DNA of 64,000 nucleotides from Heteronotia binoei (Eukaryota): contig NC_083237.1 of the NCBI RefSeq assembly GCF_032191835.1, positions 56,668,001 to 56,732,000 of the forward strand. Direction: 5' to 3'. A program made the translations under genes and the position numbers. The notes under the pieces are model-generated. The model had not been told where the DNA came from. It did not search any database and worked only from the letters and a program-made list of their open reading frames with translations. Shown here in pieces: positions 47,801 through 58,949 of this stretch (position 1 is the first letter of the stretch; every line of letters starts with the position of its first letter).

Positions 47801-49890
47801 ACTAGGCAAGGTCAGCTTCTGGTTCCCCCCCACACACTGATAACATCACCAAGTCACATGGGGGTACCCAATTTGGTGTCCCATAAGGCAGGCACCCTAG
47901 GCAATTGCCTAGTTTGCCTAGTGGCAGGGCTGACCCTGGGCATACAGCACGGGGGGACCAGAGGATCTCCCACATATACACCTTTTCAAGTACTGAAACA
48001 ACCTTGGGGGGCTGTTTCAGCACTCGAAAAGGCATGCAGGGGCACAACCCCCCCTGGTCCCCCTGCATCATAGGTTTGTTGATCAGGCCCTCATAGCATT
48101 TTTTTTTAATGGCCAGAATCTTCTCTAAAATGGTATCAGTAGCTGCAGGTTGGAGCCATAATGTCTAGTTTGGCTCTATGTATAGAAACCTACTTTCACT
48201 AAACTATTATTTCCAAGATGTGCTGGTGAAAATGAAATTCTTTAAAACTATTTTAGGGTTCTCTAAGAGATGAGCCTTGAGTTTCACCATCCACTCATTC
48301 TTCACAACTCAAGCATTTTAGCTGTCTATTTGTACCACATGTCCAACTTTTAAATCACTGGAGGAATATGATTTTTGCTAACTTTAAATTGCCTGGGTTT
48401 TTTAAAGTGACATGGTAAAAATGTTAGCTAATTTCAGGGCTTTGTTTTGAGCAGGATCGCACAGGAACGGAGTTCTGGCTGGCTTGGCATGAGGGGGTGT
48501 GGCCTAATATGCATAAGAGTTCCTGCTGGGCTGTTTCTACAAAGAAGCCCTGTGTGAAGCAATGGGGTGACATTAGGTGGCGTGGCCTAATATGCAAATG
48601 AGTTCCTGCTGGGCTTTTTCTACCAAAAAAGCCCTGGCTGATTTCAGTTTCATTTCATCCATAACATTGCATTTTTCCCAACAAATTATCTAGGAGTGTA
48701 CAAATGTTTCAAGTGGTGCTTAAAATGTAAGACATGACACCAGGCAAAAAGGACAAGACACCGCTGTTTGGCTCTTGCCTTGAAAACCCTACGGGTTGAC
48801 ATAAATCAGCTGAGACTTAAATCGGCTAATAGGGCACGACTCCTCATGGTGTGGCAAGATCCAACCCAGGCCTTGACAATACCCAAAACAACAGGGGTGG
48901 CAGGATGAACCCACGCTTTTCTTCCCGAAACTGTTTCTCATTAGCAACTTCATCAATTTATTTATAACACAATTCTAAACAGAGTTCCACCCTTCCAAGT
49001 CTGTTAGGACTGCATTGTATCTGCATTTTTAAAATCTCACCCTTCTTCCAGTTAGCTCAGGGCAACATATATGGTTTTCCCTTACTCCATTTTGCCTGCT
49101 CAACACCACTGTGAGTTGTGCCAAGCATGTAGGGCCTTAATTTCATCAGGGCCATGGTATGGGGGAGGGGGCTTCAGACTCCCCCCGCATGCAATTTTCC
49201 TGAACTGAAATGGCTTGGGGGTCATTGGAAGGCTGCACATATACTGATGGCATTCATGTGCAGCTCTCCAGTGTGGCAAAGTGTACCTTCAAGCCACTTT
49301 GGATTGGGCGGAAGACTAAAGACCCCGCTCACGCTGTCTCATGGTTTCGGTACAAACTGGAGCTCAGTGCACCCCGGAAAAGAAATTCCTTGCATCTGAA
49401 GTGTGACAGTTTCAGCCAAAGTCAGGTGAGAGGAACCCAAATGCTAAGCATTAGAAATCATAATGTGTAGTTTGAGTGTCACACCATGCAGGAATTTAAA
49501 CCAGGATCTCTGCTGCTGAGGGTTCTTTTTAATAATAGAGAAAACTGGGTGCAGAGTAACAGTTTCAGGAGCAAAAGCAAAGGGGGAAAGGTCTGGTTCC
49601 ATCTCCAATACACCTGTGATGTACTTTAAAAAATCAACCCAACTTTATACAGAACTGGCAGCAAACCAGTTCTGAAGCTATAATCTGTCATTATTATTAT
49701 TTGTTAGGTCCCCTTTATGCTGGAGTTTACATTAATGAAAGAACCAACAGTGATCTTATGCTACTATCTTTTCCTCCCCATTATAGAGTCCACAAAAACC
49801 AGAATGGTTAAGACAATCGTCGAGGAAGTGGTTGATGGCAGGGTCGTCTCATCCCAGGTCAAAACAGTCGAAGAGAAACCAACTAAATGA
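35829..49890 (+). CDS. Type I keratin, KRT12/KRT24-like (8 exons, 471 aa) with a GGGY glycine-loop head
   Basis: Exons 35829-36326, 37852-37934, 38099-38255, 42441-42602, 42687-42812, 44478-44695, 47356-47423, 49787-49890. All introns are GT-AG and the joined 1416 nt are in frame. The N-terminus [16 protein letters not shown] and [16 protein letters not shown] resemble KRT12; [12 protein letters not shown] and the tail [22 protein letters not shown] resemble KRT24. Confidence 0.95.
35967..36062 (+). repeat. Coding minisatellite, 4 x 24 nt (GGYGGGVG)
   Basis: Units GGAGGATAYGGAGGTRGCSTTGGY start at 35967, 35991, 36015 and 36039. Confidence 0.95.
37041..37248 (-). mobile_element. Squam2-like tRNA SINE; another copy at 51630-51838 (-)
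   Basis: Reverse complement of the 6320-6532 family. Confidence 0.75.
39316..39843 (-). mobile_element. hAT MITE copy 3 (528 bp), in intron 3 of gene 3
   Basis: TIRs TAGGGTTGACA / TGGCAACCCTA; perfect 8-bp TSD cctcatac. Confidence 0.95.
40339..41745. mobile_element. 1.4-kb GC-rich hAT-like element (CAGGCCCGTA...TACAGGGCTG ends) containing a SINE dimer
   Basis: Imperfect TIRs; degenerate 8-bp TSD atggcacc / atgggaca; GC-rich interior sharply bounded against AT-rich intron sequence. Confidence 0.55.
40607..41032 (+). mobile_element. Head-to-tail dimer of Squam2-like SINEs
   Basis: Two full copies (40607-40816, 40818-41032), each with box A, box B and the TATGTTC tail; flanked by aaat on both sides. 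Confidence 0.9.
43910..44110. mobile_element. MITE with CAATGCTCCCTCTAAGCTG / CAGTTTAGAGGGAACACTG ends; partial copy at about 4721-4810
   Basis: Terminal inverted repeats; the 5' about 90 bp are shared with the copy in intron 3 of gene 1. Confidence 0.65.
45091..45286 (+). mobile_element. Truncated, older copy of the 530-bp hAT MITE (right end only)
   Basis: Aligns to 33105-33295 and ends TGGCAACCCTA; the left end is missing. Confidence 0.8.
45577..46092 (-). mobile_element. hAT MITE copy 4 (variant subfamily, 516 bp), in intron 6 of gene 3
   Basis: Degenerate TIRs TACGGTTGCCA / TGGGAAGCTA; perfect 8-bp TSD ttctaagg; the last about 150 bp differ from copies 1-3 and 5. Confidence 0.9.
46130..46775 (-). 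mobile_element. Degenerate L2-clade LINE fragment
   Basis: The reverse strand contains the [11 protein letters not shown] motif (about 46706-46735) and LKLNPKK..KLQLVQ..AA-like downstream motifs. Confidence 0.8.
46871..46941. repeat. (TTCA/TTTG/TTCG)n microsatellite
   Basis: Directly visible. Confidence 0.85.
48435..48636. mobile_element. hAT MITE with CAGGGCTTT ends, carrying an octamer
   Basis: TIRs CAGGGCTTT / AAAGCCCTG; TSD gctaattt / gctgattt (7/8); ATGCAAAT at 48592-48599; reverse-oriented relative of 58007-58204. Confidence 0.85.
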
Positions 49891-50071
49891 ACATTAGGAG
49901 AGTGCAAAAGGTTCTTTCTTTTAATACATATCCCAGCAAAGAAACACCTCTTAGCAACTTCAAGAATTATGCAAGAAAATCATTTCTTTTTTAAAAGCCT
50001 TTTTCTAGACATTTGTTTCTTCTTCCTACTTTTAATTCTGACATTCTGATTGCTTGTAGCTGAACTAGTTC

Positions 50072-50077
50072 AATAAA
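50072..50077 (+). terminator. Polyadenylation signal of gene 3
   Basis: AATAAA about 180 nt after the stop codon, followed by a T-rich tract. Confidence 0.7.
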
Positions 50078-53000
50078 CCTTTTTACTTTTTGCATATTAC
50101 AAGTGCTCAAGCGCATTCATCCCCACACAACCATGATGATTTCTGAGTTGCCATTATATACATCCCTTACCTGCTATGACTATGTTTGGCCCCAAGAGAA
50201 ACCTTTGGCCAGTAATTAAAATGAAGAATGGTGAACAGAAACCTGTGGCAAATTCCTCACACAAGACCCCTCAGACTGGCAAGTGGGTATGTTCACTAGG
50301 ATTGCCAGCTCTGGGTTGGGACTGCAGTGATTCCTGGAGATTTAGAGATGCAGAGTGGGGAGTTTGGGGTAAGAGAAGGAGCTTAAATGGAGCTCAGCTG
50401 GAGTGTCTTCTAGGACCCAGGATTCTAGCAGGGCCCACAGTCACCGGCCCCTGCCTTTATACCTCCTCTGCCACCTACCTGCCTGCCTGCTCTTCCCTTG
50501 CCCATCTATTTGCAAACACTCCAGGGGTCCACTTCCTGTAGTCCTACCTACCTGGACTGCCTAGCACTGCAGAGGGTATGGATGATCAAAGCAAAAGAAC
50601 TCCTAGCTGCACACTCCTCCCAGTGCCATTTAGGAATGGGCATGCAGGTGGTTGGCAGAAGGACTCACAGGAGGATGGAGGGTAGGTGAGTGTGGTTGGG
50701 AAAGCAGGTGTAAGCAGGTGGTCCTGGTGGGGGGACAGGAGGGGAAGGGAGCCCCAAGTACTCTCTGCCCAAAGTCCAACATAACCTCTAACTGGCCCTG
50801 ATCAAGTACAATGCCACTGTTCAATTTGCCATTTTCTCCAGGGGAACTGATCTCTGTGGTGTGGAGATCAGTAGTAATTTTGGGGGCTTTCCAGTCCCCA
50901 TCTAGAGTTTGACAACCCTGTTTACTAGTGATACCTCATGTGGTCTCACGAAATTTGTATTTCTTAGTAAAAGATGGAAACAGGCAGCTCAAACAGGCAG
51001 CAAGAGGATCAAGCTGTAACACGAAACATCACTATCACACTCTCCACCATAAATGCTTTCCAAGCCAATTAGGAACTGAATTAACACTTTATGCAACAGT
51101 TCTGACTTCTATACTTATATCAGTGGTGGCAATAAAGAGGAAAGAAGTCTCTGAAAGCACATGGTAATGTGTTGGGGAGCAGTAATTGGCGCTTAATTGT
51201 GACAAGCTGATATATACATACACACACCACCTATAATTTAAAACATGCGTCTCTTACACTCTCAGCTCCTGCTCTCAAAGAGATTAACCAGTTACGTAAT
51301 TTAAAACAAACTAAAATACTAGTATAACTATCAATGATTTACAAGACCATAAAACTCAAGCATAACCAACCAAGGATTTAAAAAAAGGCATAAAAGCAGA
51401 GAACAGCATGAAACCAAAACGGTGAAAACATTATAAACTAACAGCAATGAACAACTGTCGGGGAAGAAGAAAAGCATTTCCCCCCAACAAATTGTCTAGG
51501 AGTATAAACATGGTTTCACATGATACCTAAAGCTTAACAGACTTGACTCAAGAAAAATAATGGTAGGGAGAGAATTCCACAAGGTGTCACTACATCTGAT
51601 GAGGTCCTGGTCTATGGTGCTCAACACTTGAACATGAAGCTGCTTGATAGTGAATAAGACCCTTGGCCCATCAAAGTCAGTACTGTCTAGTCAGAATGGC
51701 AATGGCTCTCCAGGGTCTCAGGCCTTCCATACTTATACATCACCTACTGACAGATCCTTTAACTGGAGGATGCCAGGATTGAACCAGGGACCGTCTGCAT
51801 GCCAAGCAAATGCTCTACCACTAAGCTACAGCTCCGCCATGATCCTCTGCAGGTTAGTACCCAATCTGCTTAACACTGCATTGAATTTCATGATCATTTT
51901 AAGAGAATTTTTCATTTATAATGTCTTGGGGGGTTGGTATTTTTGTATTTGTGTGTGTGCTTGTGCACACGTATGCACCTGGAAGAAATGGCGACCTCTG
52001 GTGACTGACCCCTATTGGGAGCATGGAGGATGTTCAGAGAGGTGGCTGGATAAAGCTTGCCCCTGCCCTCCTGAGTTCTGGTATTCCATGGAGGTTTCCC
52101 ATCCAAATACGTGCCAGACTTGACCCAGCTTAACTTCCAAGATCAGATGAAATCAGGCTTGCCTGGGCTATCCAGGCTGGAGCTTCTTTTTAAATGTCAT
52201 TGATGGGGCTTTTTAAGGAGCAGAACAGCTCAGAGAGAGGAAGTAACAGTAACAGTTTAAAAAAAGCAGTAAAAATTTACATGGCTTGTTGAGATAAGGG
52301 GACCAATTTTAGTTTTTGCCACAACACCAACCAATCAACCAATATTTATTGTGGTCAGATACCAACGCAAGTTCACAACATGGGCATTTTAGTATTCTCC
52401 ACACTTGCCAATTTTCTTTCTGAAAAACACTCTCCTGGATCACTTCCCTGCCCCCGGGAAAAAATACAAGTACTTGTAAGTTTTCCTGGGTAAGGGACTG
52501 CTCAGCAGTGTTGGTTTTCAGCATGAAAATGGGAAACGAAAGGGGTAAAGAACCATTTTTTCTGCACCATTCTGTCCTATTAAAAACATGGTGTCTGCAT
52601 TTGGAAAAATGGAGGGAAGCCTTTTAAAAGGCAAGTTGTGGGCTCTAAACGTTTTGCCCCTTATGCTCTATAAATAAGTAAGGTGCCATCAGATTGACCT
52701 GTGAACTATGGCTGTAACTTGAAAAGTGTGTTCCGGTCATGGTGATCCATAGTCATATTCAGGTTATATTGCTGTAATATATAATCCAAAATGCTGGTTT
52801 CTTACTTTTACATCCCTAAATAGCTTGGGGCAGAATTATTGGAGGAACCCCTGCTTCCATACTGTCAAGCCTACCAGTTAAGATCCCCTTCCCATGCCCA
52901 GGTCTTTGTGCCCCCACTTGCATAAGTGTGGTGAGTGTCATTGCAGACGGGGCTCTCTCAGTGGTGGCACCTTCCCTACAGCATGCACTCTGCCTTGAGG

Positions 53001-54095
53001 TTCACCTCCTACCTACCTTAAAATCCCTTAGGTGTTAGGCCAAAAAACTTCTTTTTACCCAGGCCTTTAATTGTGGGGTTCCATCTATTTCAATCTGCTC
53101 CTAGGCTGAGGGTCATTTTATGACTATTAATGTAAGTGAATGGATGCTGTTTTAGGCACCTAACTGGTCTCATTATTGTCATTCTTATGTTGTTGTTTTA
53201 TTATTTTATAGAACTGTTTTATTTGGCCTTGAGCAGGTGTCTGGAAACGTGACATAAATTTTCTAAATAAATAGCAAACGAATAAATGAAGGCCAATCCA
53301 GGTTTAAACAAAATAGGCTTTCCATAATCAGATGCAATTTGATCTGTGATTTACAAGTGTATTACAGTGTTTCTGAAAAGGCAGATCAAAATTAATAAGT
53401 ATCATATGTAAGAAAAAAGTATGACAATTTTTAATAGGACAGCCTCATATTTATCTTCTTCCCAAACCTCCATTTAAAATTCCCCTTCATTTTAAAACTA
53501 ACTGAATTTGCTAAACTTTACTACCAGAAGATTGAGCAAACAAACCAAGAATTTCCTGAAATGAAGCTAGTGTCTGCTTTGCATAATTTAGTGGTATCAC
53601 CTAGTATGAGCTATCTTGGCGATAAGCACAATTTAATGTATTACAGGTACTAAAAAAAAGAGTGGTTTAATTAAAACATCTACTCTAATGCGCCAATGCT
53701 GCTCCCTAGCGAACCTATGGAGATACTGTTGCTAAACTTCATTCCCTCCTTTGCTCTAGGGCTTTTCTCACAGTAGATGTAACCACTTGAAAGAGTTCAC
53801 TGGCTAGTTGCCCAGTTTTTCATCTAATCTCCAGTGAAAAAAAATTATTATTCCATCGTCAACAGAGCGAGAACATGGTTCTTATCATACAGCTGTGAAA
53901 TAAGGCTGCCATATTTTATGAGTACTGATTTTTTTGAAAAGAAAAGAAAATCTGGTTACAAGAGAAATGACAGCATTGGTTTCAGCAAGTGGAGTCATAA
54001 AGTACTATGGGGTGCTGTACATGGAAGACAGGAATAGTGTGCAGCTGTTTTTAATGATGGTCAATGGATTGTGCATTATGTAGTGTGTTATAGGG

Positions 54096-54230
54096 CAGGG
54101 GTGGCCAATGGTAGCTCTCCAGATGTTTTTTGCCTACAACTCCCATCAGCCCCAGCCATTGGCCATGCTGGCTGGGGCTGATGGGAGTTGTAGGCAAAAA
54201 ACATCTGGAGAGCTACCGTTGGCCACCCCT
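54096..54230. mobile_element. Palindromic hAT MITE, second copy
   Basis: Near-identical to 16851-16987; perfect 8-bp TSD ttataggg; the terminal G of the right TIR is missing. Confidence 0.9.
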
Positions 54231-55380
54231 TTATAGGGAGTCTCCACAACACAGCAATACAGTACACTATTTCCAAGCAAAAGGCTCCCAGGATCTCCAG
54301 CTAATATTGTATTTACCCAAATGCAAGCCTAATTTTTTTTTTCAGGTATGCCGTCAAAAATGGAAGGTGGGTGTCTTAAATTCATATACATTACAGTTAT
54401 GTCCAATAACAAAAATTGTTACATAAAACATTTTTTCAGAGTGGTCATCTTCCTGTCAACTAAATACAGTAAGATAGCAACCCTAGAGAAGTGCTCTGAG
54501 AGTAGATGGGCCATTGGTGTAACTCAACATAACTGTAATTCCTTATTGTTCTATTGCAGTTTTTCTTGTATCTGCACTCCACAGTTCTTCCATCTTAAGA
54601 GGTTTCTTTTTACTACTAATGTCAGGAACATGGAGTCTCAAATGTTTTCTGAGAAAATGATTGACTCATGTTCAAAGTTAAACATGTTTTTCTGAAAAAA
54701 TAGCAATACACCAAGAAAATAAGAGAGGCACATGAGGCAATTAACACGCACTTGCCTGACAGACTTCCAAAGCCTGATACTAAATTCCAAAATCACAACT
54801 CAACTTTTCTCTTTTATTCCTGCCATGAAACTTAAGAGGGCACACTGAATACAGAATGCCCTTTGACTTTCAGGAATTAACTTATAAATAAACCTTTTAT
54901 GTAAAGTCAAGCAGTTCACAGGTTCAAAGTTTAAAATATACAAATTCATAAAATTATTTTTAAATAAAGTAAGTCCTGAAAAATTTTCTTTGGCCTGAGG
55001 AACCACCTGCAAAATTTACGAGTCAGTCTAATTTTTCAGCCCTCAGGTTTCTTATTTTTCTAATTATTGCTACCACAAAGCCTAATCCTAGAATCTTCAG
55101 AGTTTCTTGTGACATATGTGTTGTCCCAACCATATACAAACACAGAGTAACGCCAGTTGTCATCATTACAACAAAAAGTTTTCCTCTAATCTTAACCTAA
55201 CCTCACCCCAATTTCTCATAATTATAGTATTGCTTTAAAAACTCAATTTAAATTAAGACTGGAGCCAGTATAGAAAGACACTGGCTAGATAATAAATTTA
55301 TACACCAACATGGAAGAGTAAAAGTTAACATACAAACAAACAATGACAAGTACTTCATGCACATGAGATTCAGAGTATAG

Positions 55381-55910
55381 TAGGGTTGCCAATCCCCAGG
55401 TGGGGGCAGGGGATCCCCCGGTTTAGAGGCCCTCCCCCCACTTCAGGGTCGTCAGAAAGCAGGGGGAGGGGAGGGAAATGTCTGCTGGGAACTCTATTAT
55501 TCCCTATGGAGATTTATTCCCATAGAAAATCATGGAAAATTGATCTGCGGGTATCTGGGGCTCTGGGGGGGCTGTTTTTTGGGGTAGAGACACCAAATTT
55601 TCAGTATAGCATCTAGTGCCTCTCCCCAAAATACCCCTCACGTTTCAAAAAGATTGGACCAGGGGGTCAAATTCTATGAACCCCAAAAGAAGGTGCCCCT
55701 ATCCTTCATTATTTCCTATGAAAGGAAGGCATTGAAAAGGTGTGCCGTCCCTTTAAATGTGATGGCCAGAACTCCCTTAGGAGTTCAATTATGCTTGTCA
55801 CAGCCTTGATCTTGGCTCCACCCCCAAAGTCTCCTGGCTCCACCCCCAAAGTCTCCTGGCTCCACCCCCAAAGTCCTTAGATATTTCTTGAATTAGACTT
55901 GGCAACCCTA
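55381..55910 (+). mobile_element. hAT MITE copy 5 (530 bp)
   Basis: Perfect TIRs TAGGGTTGCCA / TGGCAACCCTA; perfect 8-bp TSD gagtatag. Confidence 0.95.
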
Positions 55911-56367
55911 GAGTATAGGGTGAGATACAAATCCAATATCTTCTTCTTATGTCATACAGCAAAATGTATTCTGATGAGAAATGAGCTTCGTACTTGTACA
56001 AACTGAGGCTGGCCAAGAAACCCTACAGTAAAATTACTGCTGAAAATACTAGGGGCCACAGTGAAATTCCTAGGCTTCATGGTGAGTTGGCACCTGGGAT
56101 TTGTCAAGCCCTGCATGAAAGGGTCTTAAGGTTTCCAAGAATAAAGGAAGAGAGCTTTGTCAGCATAGTGCAGATGAACAAGTATCTCAGGGTCAACAAT
56201 GTCATACCAAAGTATGTTTTTATTGTACACAGATATATTCCTCTTCACCCTCTTGTTCTTAGAATGGTGATCCACAGCCCAACCTACTTATCTGAGGCTC
56301 GCCCAAACACTTTTACACACACTTGCCTGCATGCCACAGTGAACTTCTCTGAAGCCTGAAAAATTAC

Positions 56368-56642
56368 TGTAATGTACTCAGAGACGAGACGTGCTGAAGG
56401 CAACATGCTTTAATGGATGGTACATCACAGAGGGGAGCACGCGGGCCGGGACCCGCTTTATATACATTAATCCCGGAAGAGCCCCCCAGCTGCCCAGCCC
56501 AATCCCGGCCAGTCAAACTTCCCGCCGCTGATGTTGATAGGCGGAGTCTTTTCCCGCGCTGCGCAGGTTGACCAAGTGACTTCCCCTGGTCGCCCTTTAC
56601 TGCGGGGCCGCGTGGTGCTTTGTTTAAGCACAAGACACTACA
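56368..56642 (-). mobile_element. Solo LTR (275 bp)
   Basis: TGT...ACA termini; perfect 5-bp TSD attac (56363-56367, 56643-56647); on the minus strand TATATAAA is followed by an ATTAAA poly(A) signal; CpG-rich. Confidence 0.85.
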
Positions 56643-57675
56643 ATTACCAAAACTGTAGCGTTTATTCTAATCTCATAGGCTGCTATGAGAGTGGTGGGAA
56701 TCAGTTATTGCCCCTTCCAAACTCTTTAAATTAGAGCCACATCTCTACTCTTTCTTGCATATATATCAGCAGTAAATGGGCACTCAGATCCACTGAACCT
56801 TTTATTTACTCCTGAGAAAACCTTGTGACTATCCCAAACCCCTTCAACATGATTGAAGGATATAAGGAGTAGGTTGGAAATGAAAAAGGTGCCCTACTCA
56901 CTTATTTCAGTGAGTAAAAGGAGATAATAATTTAAATCTGCACAGTCTTTTAATGTTTAATTTTGATGCTGAAACTGTACAGAGTAACAAAATCTGATTT
57001 CTGAACCACTACTGGTAAACCGCATACCCTACCACAGAAGGAACATTTCTTTTTTTAGGTTCCAATACAAACCTTTCCACTGTCCCTGATTCTCCTGATT
57101 TTAACCTTATTCTTTAATCAATTCCTCCACTTTTTCTTCCTCTTGTATTATCTCAAACATCCATCATGTTCTCCTGATAAAATCATTGTAATACCACTAA
57201 AACACTTACAATTTCCTGGGAAAACTCAAACTTTCTATCCTTTGTAAGAATGAGCAGCTGTTGAGTTTGTAATGTTCCTGTTCTATAATTCATGTCCTTA
57301 CCTTCCCATAAAGCCATAACTCTAGGAACAAATTAGTCTTAGGTAGTCTTACTTGGAAGTTAGTTGTACTGAATTCAAACTTCTGTCAGAGTAAAAGTGC
57401 ATAAAACTTGTGAGACTTTAGTACCATGTTAGAAAGGCAAGCATGACATCTTTCACATTGCATTCTACAGTTTAGCCAGTTCTACAGTTTCGGACATTTT
57501 TCCTTAGCATATGAAAACTGATAACATTTTTTCACAATTCTATTCACAATTAAACAATTCTAATGAAATGTGAAGCTTTCACTAGGTGAAGTGTTCATTC
57601 AGGTAAAAACAAAAGACTCTTAATACCCAGAACTTCCAAATAAAACCTCCACTGAGCAGGTCTCAAAGCATTCAT

Positions 57676-57986
57676 GTTGTTCAGTCACACAGTTGTTGGA
57701 CTTTTTGTGACCCCATGGACCAAGTCACGCCAGGCCCTCCTGTCTTCCACCATCCTCCGAAGTCCACTCAAATTCATGTTAGTTACATCAGTAACACTGT
57801 CCAGCCATCTCATCTTTTGCTGTCCTCTTCTTCTTTGGCCTTCTGTCTTTCCCAGCACCAGGGTCTTCTCCAGTGAGTGCTCCCTTCTCATTTGGTGGCC
57901 AAAGTATTTGAGCTATTGGAGAAGGAAATGGCAACCCACTCAAGTATCCTTGCCAAGAAATCCCCATGTACAGCAACAAAAGGCTA
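57676..57986 (-). mobile_element. BovB LINE insertion with an inverted 5' segment
   Basis: 57676-57912 is the BovB 3' end on the minus strand (encodes ..HSLEKTLVLGKTEGQRRRGQQKMRWLDSVT..). 57913-57986 (GGAGAAGGAAATGGCAACCCACTC..) is a BovB 5'-region sequence on the plus strand. Perfect 11-bp TSD aaagcattcat (57665-57675, 57987-57997). Confidence 0.8.
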
Positions 57987-58006
57987 AAAGCATTCATAGT
58001 GTCCAC

Positions 58007-58204
58007 CAGGGCTTTTTTGTTTAAAAAAGCTCAGCAGGAACTCATTTGCATATTAGGCCATGCCACCTAATGCCACCCCATTGTTTCACACAGGGCTTCT
58101 TTGTAGAAACCCAGCAGGTATTGTTTTGCATATTAGGCCACACCCCCTGATGCCAAGCCAGCCAGAACTTTGTTCCTGTGCGTTCCTGCTCAAAAAAAGC
58201 CCTG
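58007..58204. mobile_element. hAT MITE with CAGGGCTTT ends, carrying an octamer, about 750 bp upstream of gene 4
   Basis: TSD gtgtccac / gagtccac (7/8); ATTTGCAT at 58044-58051. Confidence 0.85.
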
Positions 58205-58808
58205 GAGTCCACTATTTTTAACAATAATGTTGATGCCAGTCTTTCAGTTTAAGAAGCTCTAGAAGCCTTATGACTCTCCTTTTAAAAGTCTGGAGTAGAA
58301 CAATCTACTCCAAAGAGGGACAGCTATAGTACCTGGGGCTTTCCCAGCATATTTTCAATCAACTGGGGACTACTGTCAAAGAAACATGGAGTGGGTTAAG
58401 CAAAAAGCAAACCCATGGAGTGGGTTAAGCAAACACTGATAATGCAAAACAGTATTCAAAACAAGACCTGATGTCTGCCACTGCTTTGTTACATGAATTA
58501 ATGAAACTACTTAAGTAATACCGAAAAAGCATGTCACTTGGAGACTAGCTCTGGGAATGAGGAGAGTTGTGCCTGGGGGTCTAGAAGAAGAAAAGAATTA
58601 CTCACCTACAATTACAATAATGAATTTTTAACTTTGTTCCACCCTACTCCGCCCCTGGCATAACAAACACCCTCAGGACACCTAACAGCACAAATGGACA
58701 CAATATTAAATTAAATGCTAACGATGGGAGGGAGAAAAAGAAAACCAGTTACAGCATAGATCCGCTGAGCTGACAAAAAAAAAATATTTTGCCACAGGTA
58801 GGAGGAAT

Positions 58809-58841
58809 TATAAAGCAACACCCTAATGATCCTACATAAAA
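58809..58841 (+). promoter_or_regulatory. Candidate TATA elements of keratin gene 4
   Basis: TATAAA at 58809-58814 and CATAAAA at 58835-58841, 110-140 nt upstream of the ATG. Confidence 0.55.
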
Positions 58842-58949
58842 GGCAGAGTAAATTGCCCCTGCTAGCACACTGTCTGATGCTCCTTTGACTGCTTGTCCTT
58901 TGATTCTTTCTGCTGTATTTTAGCAAAGCATACACATCACTTGTCTACA

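Noticed and set aside
55994-56359. 121-aa ORF beside the solo LTR
   Set aside because: TTG start, no recognisable homology and no gag/pol motifs; it lies outside the LTR's TSDs.
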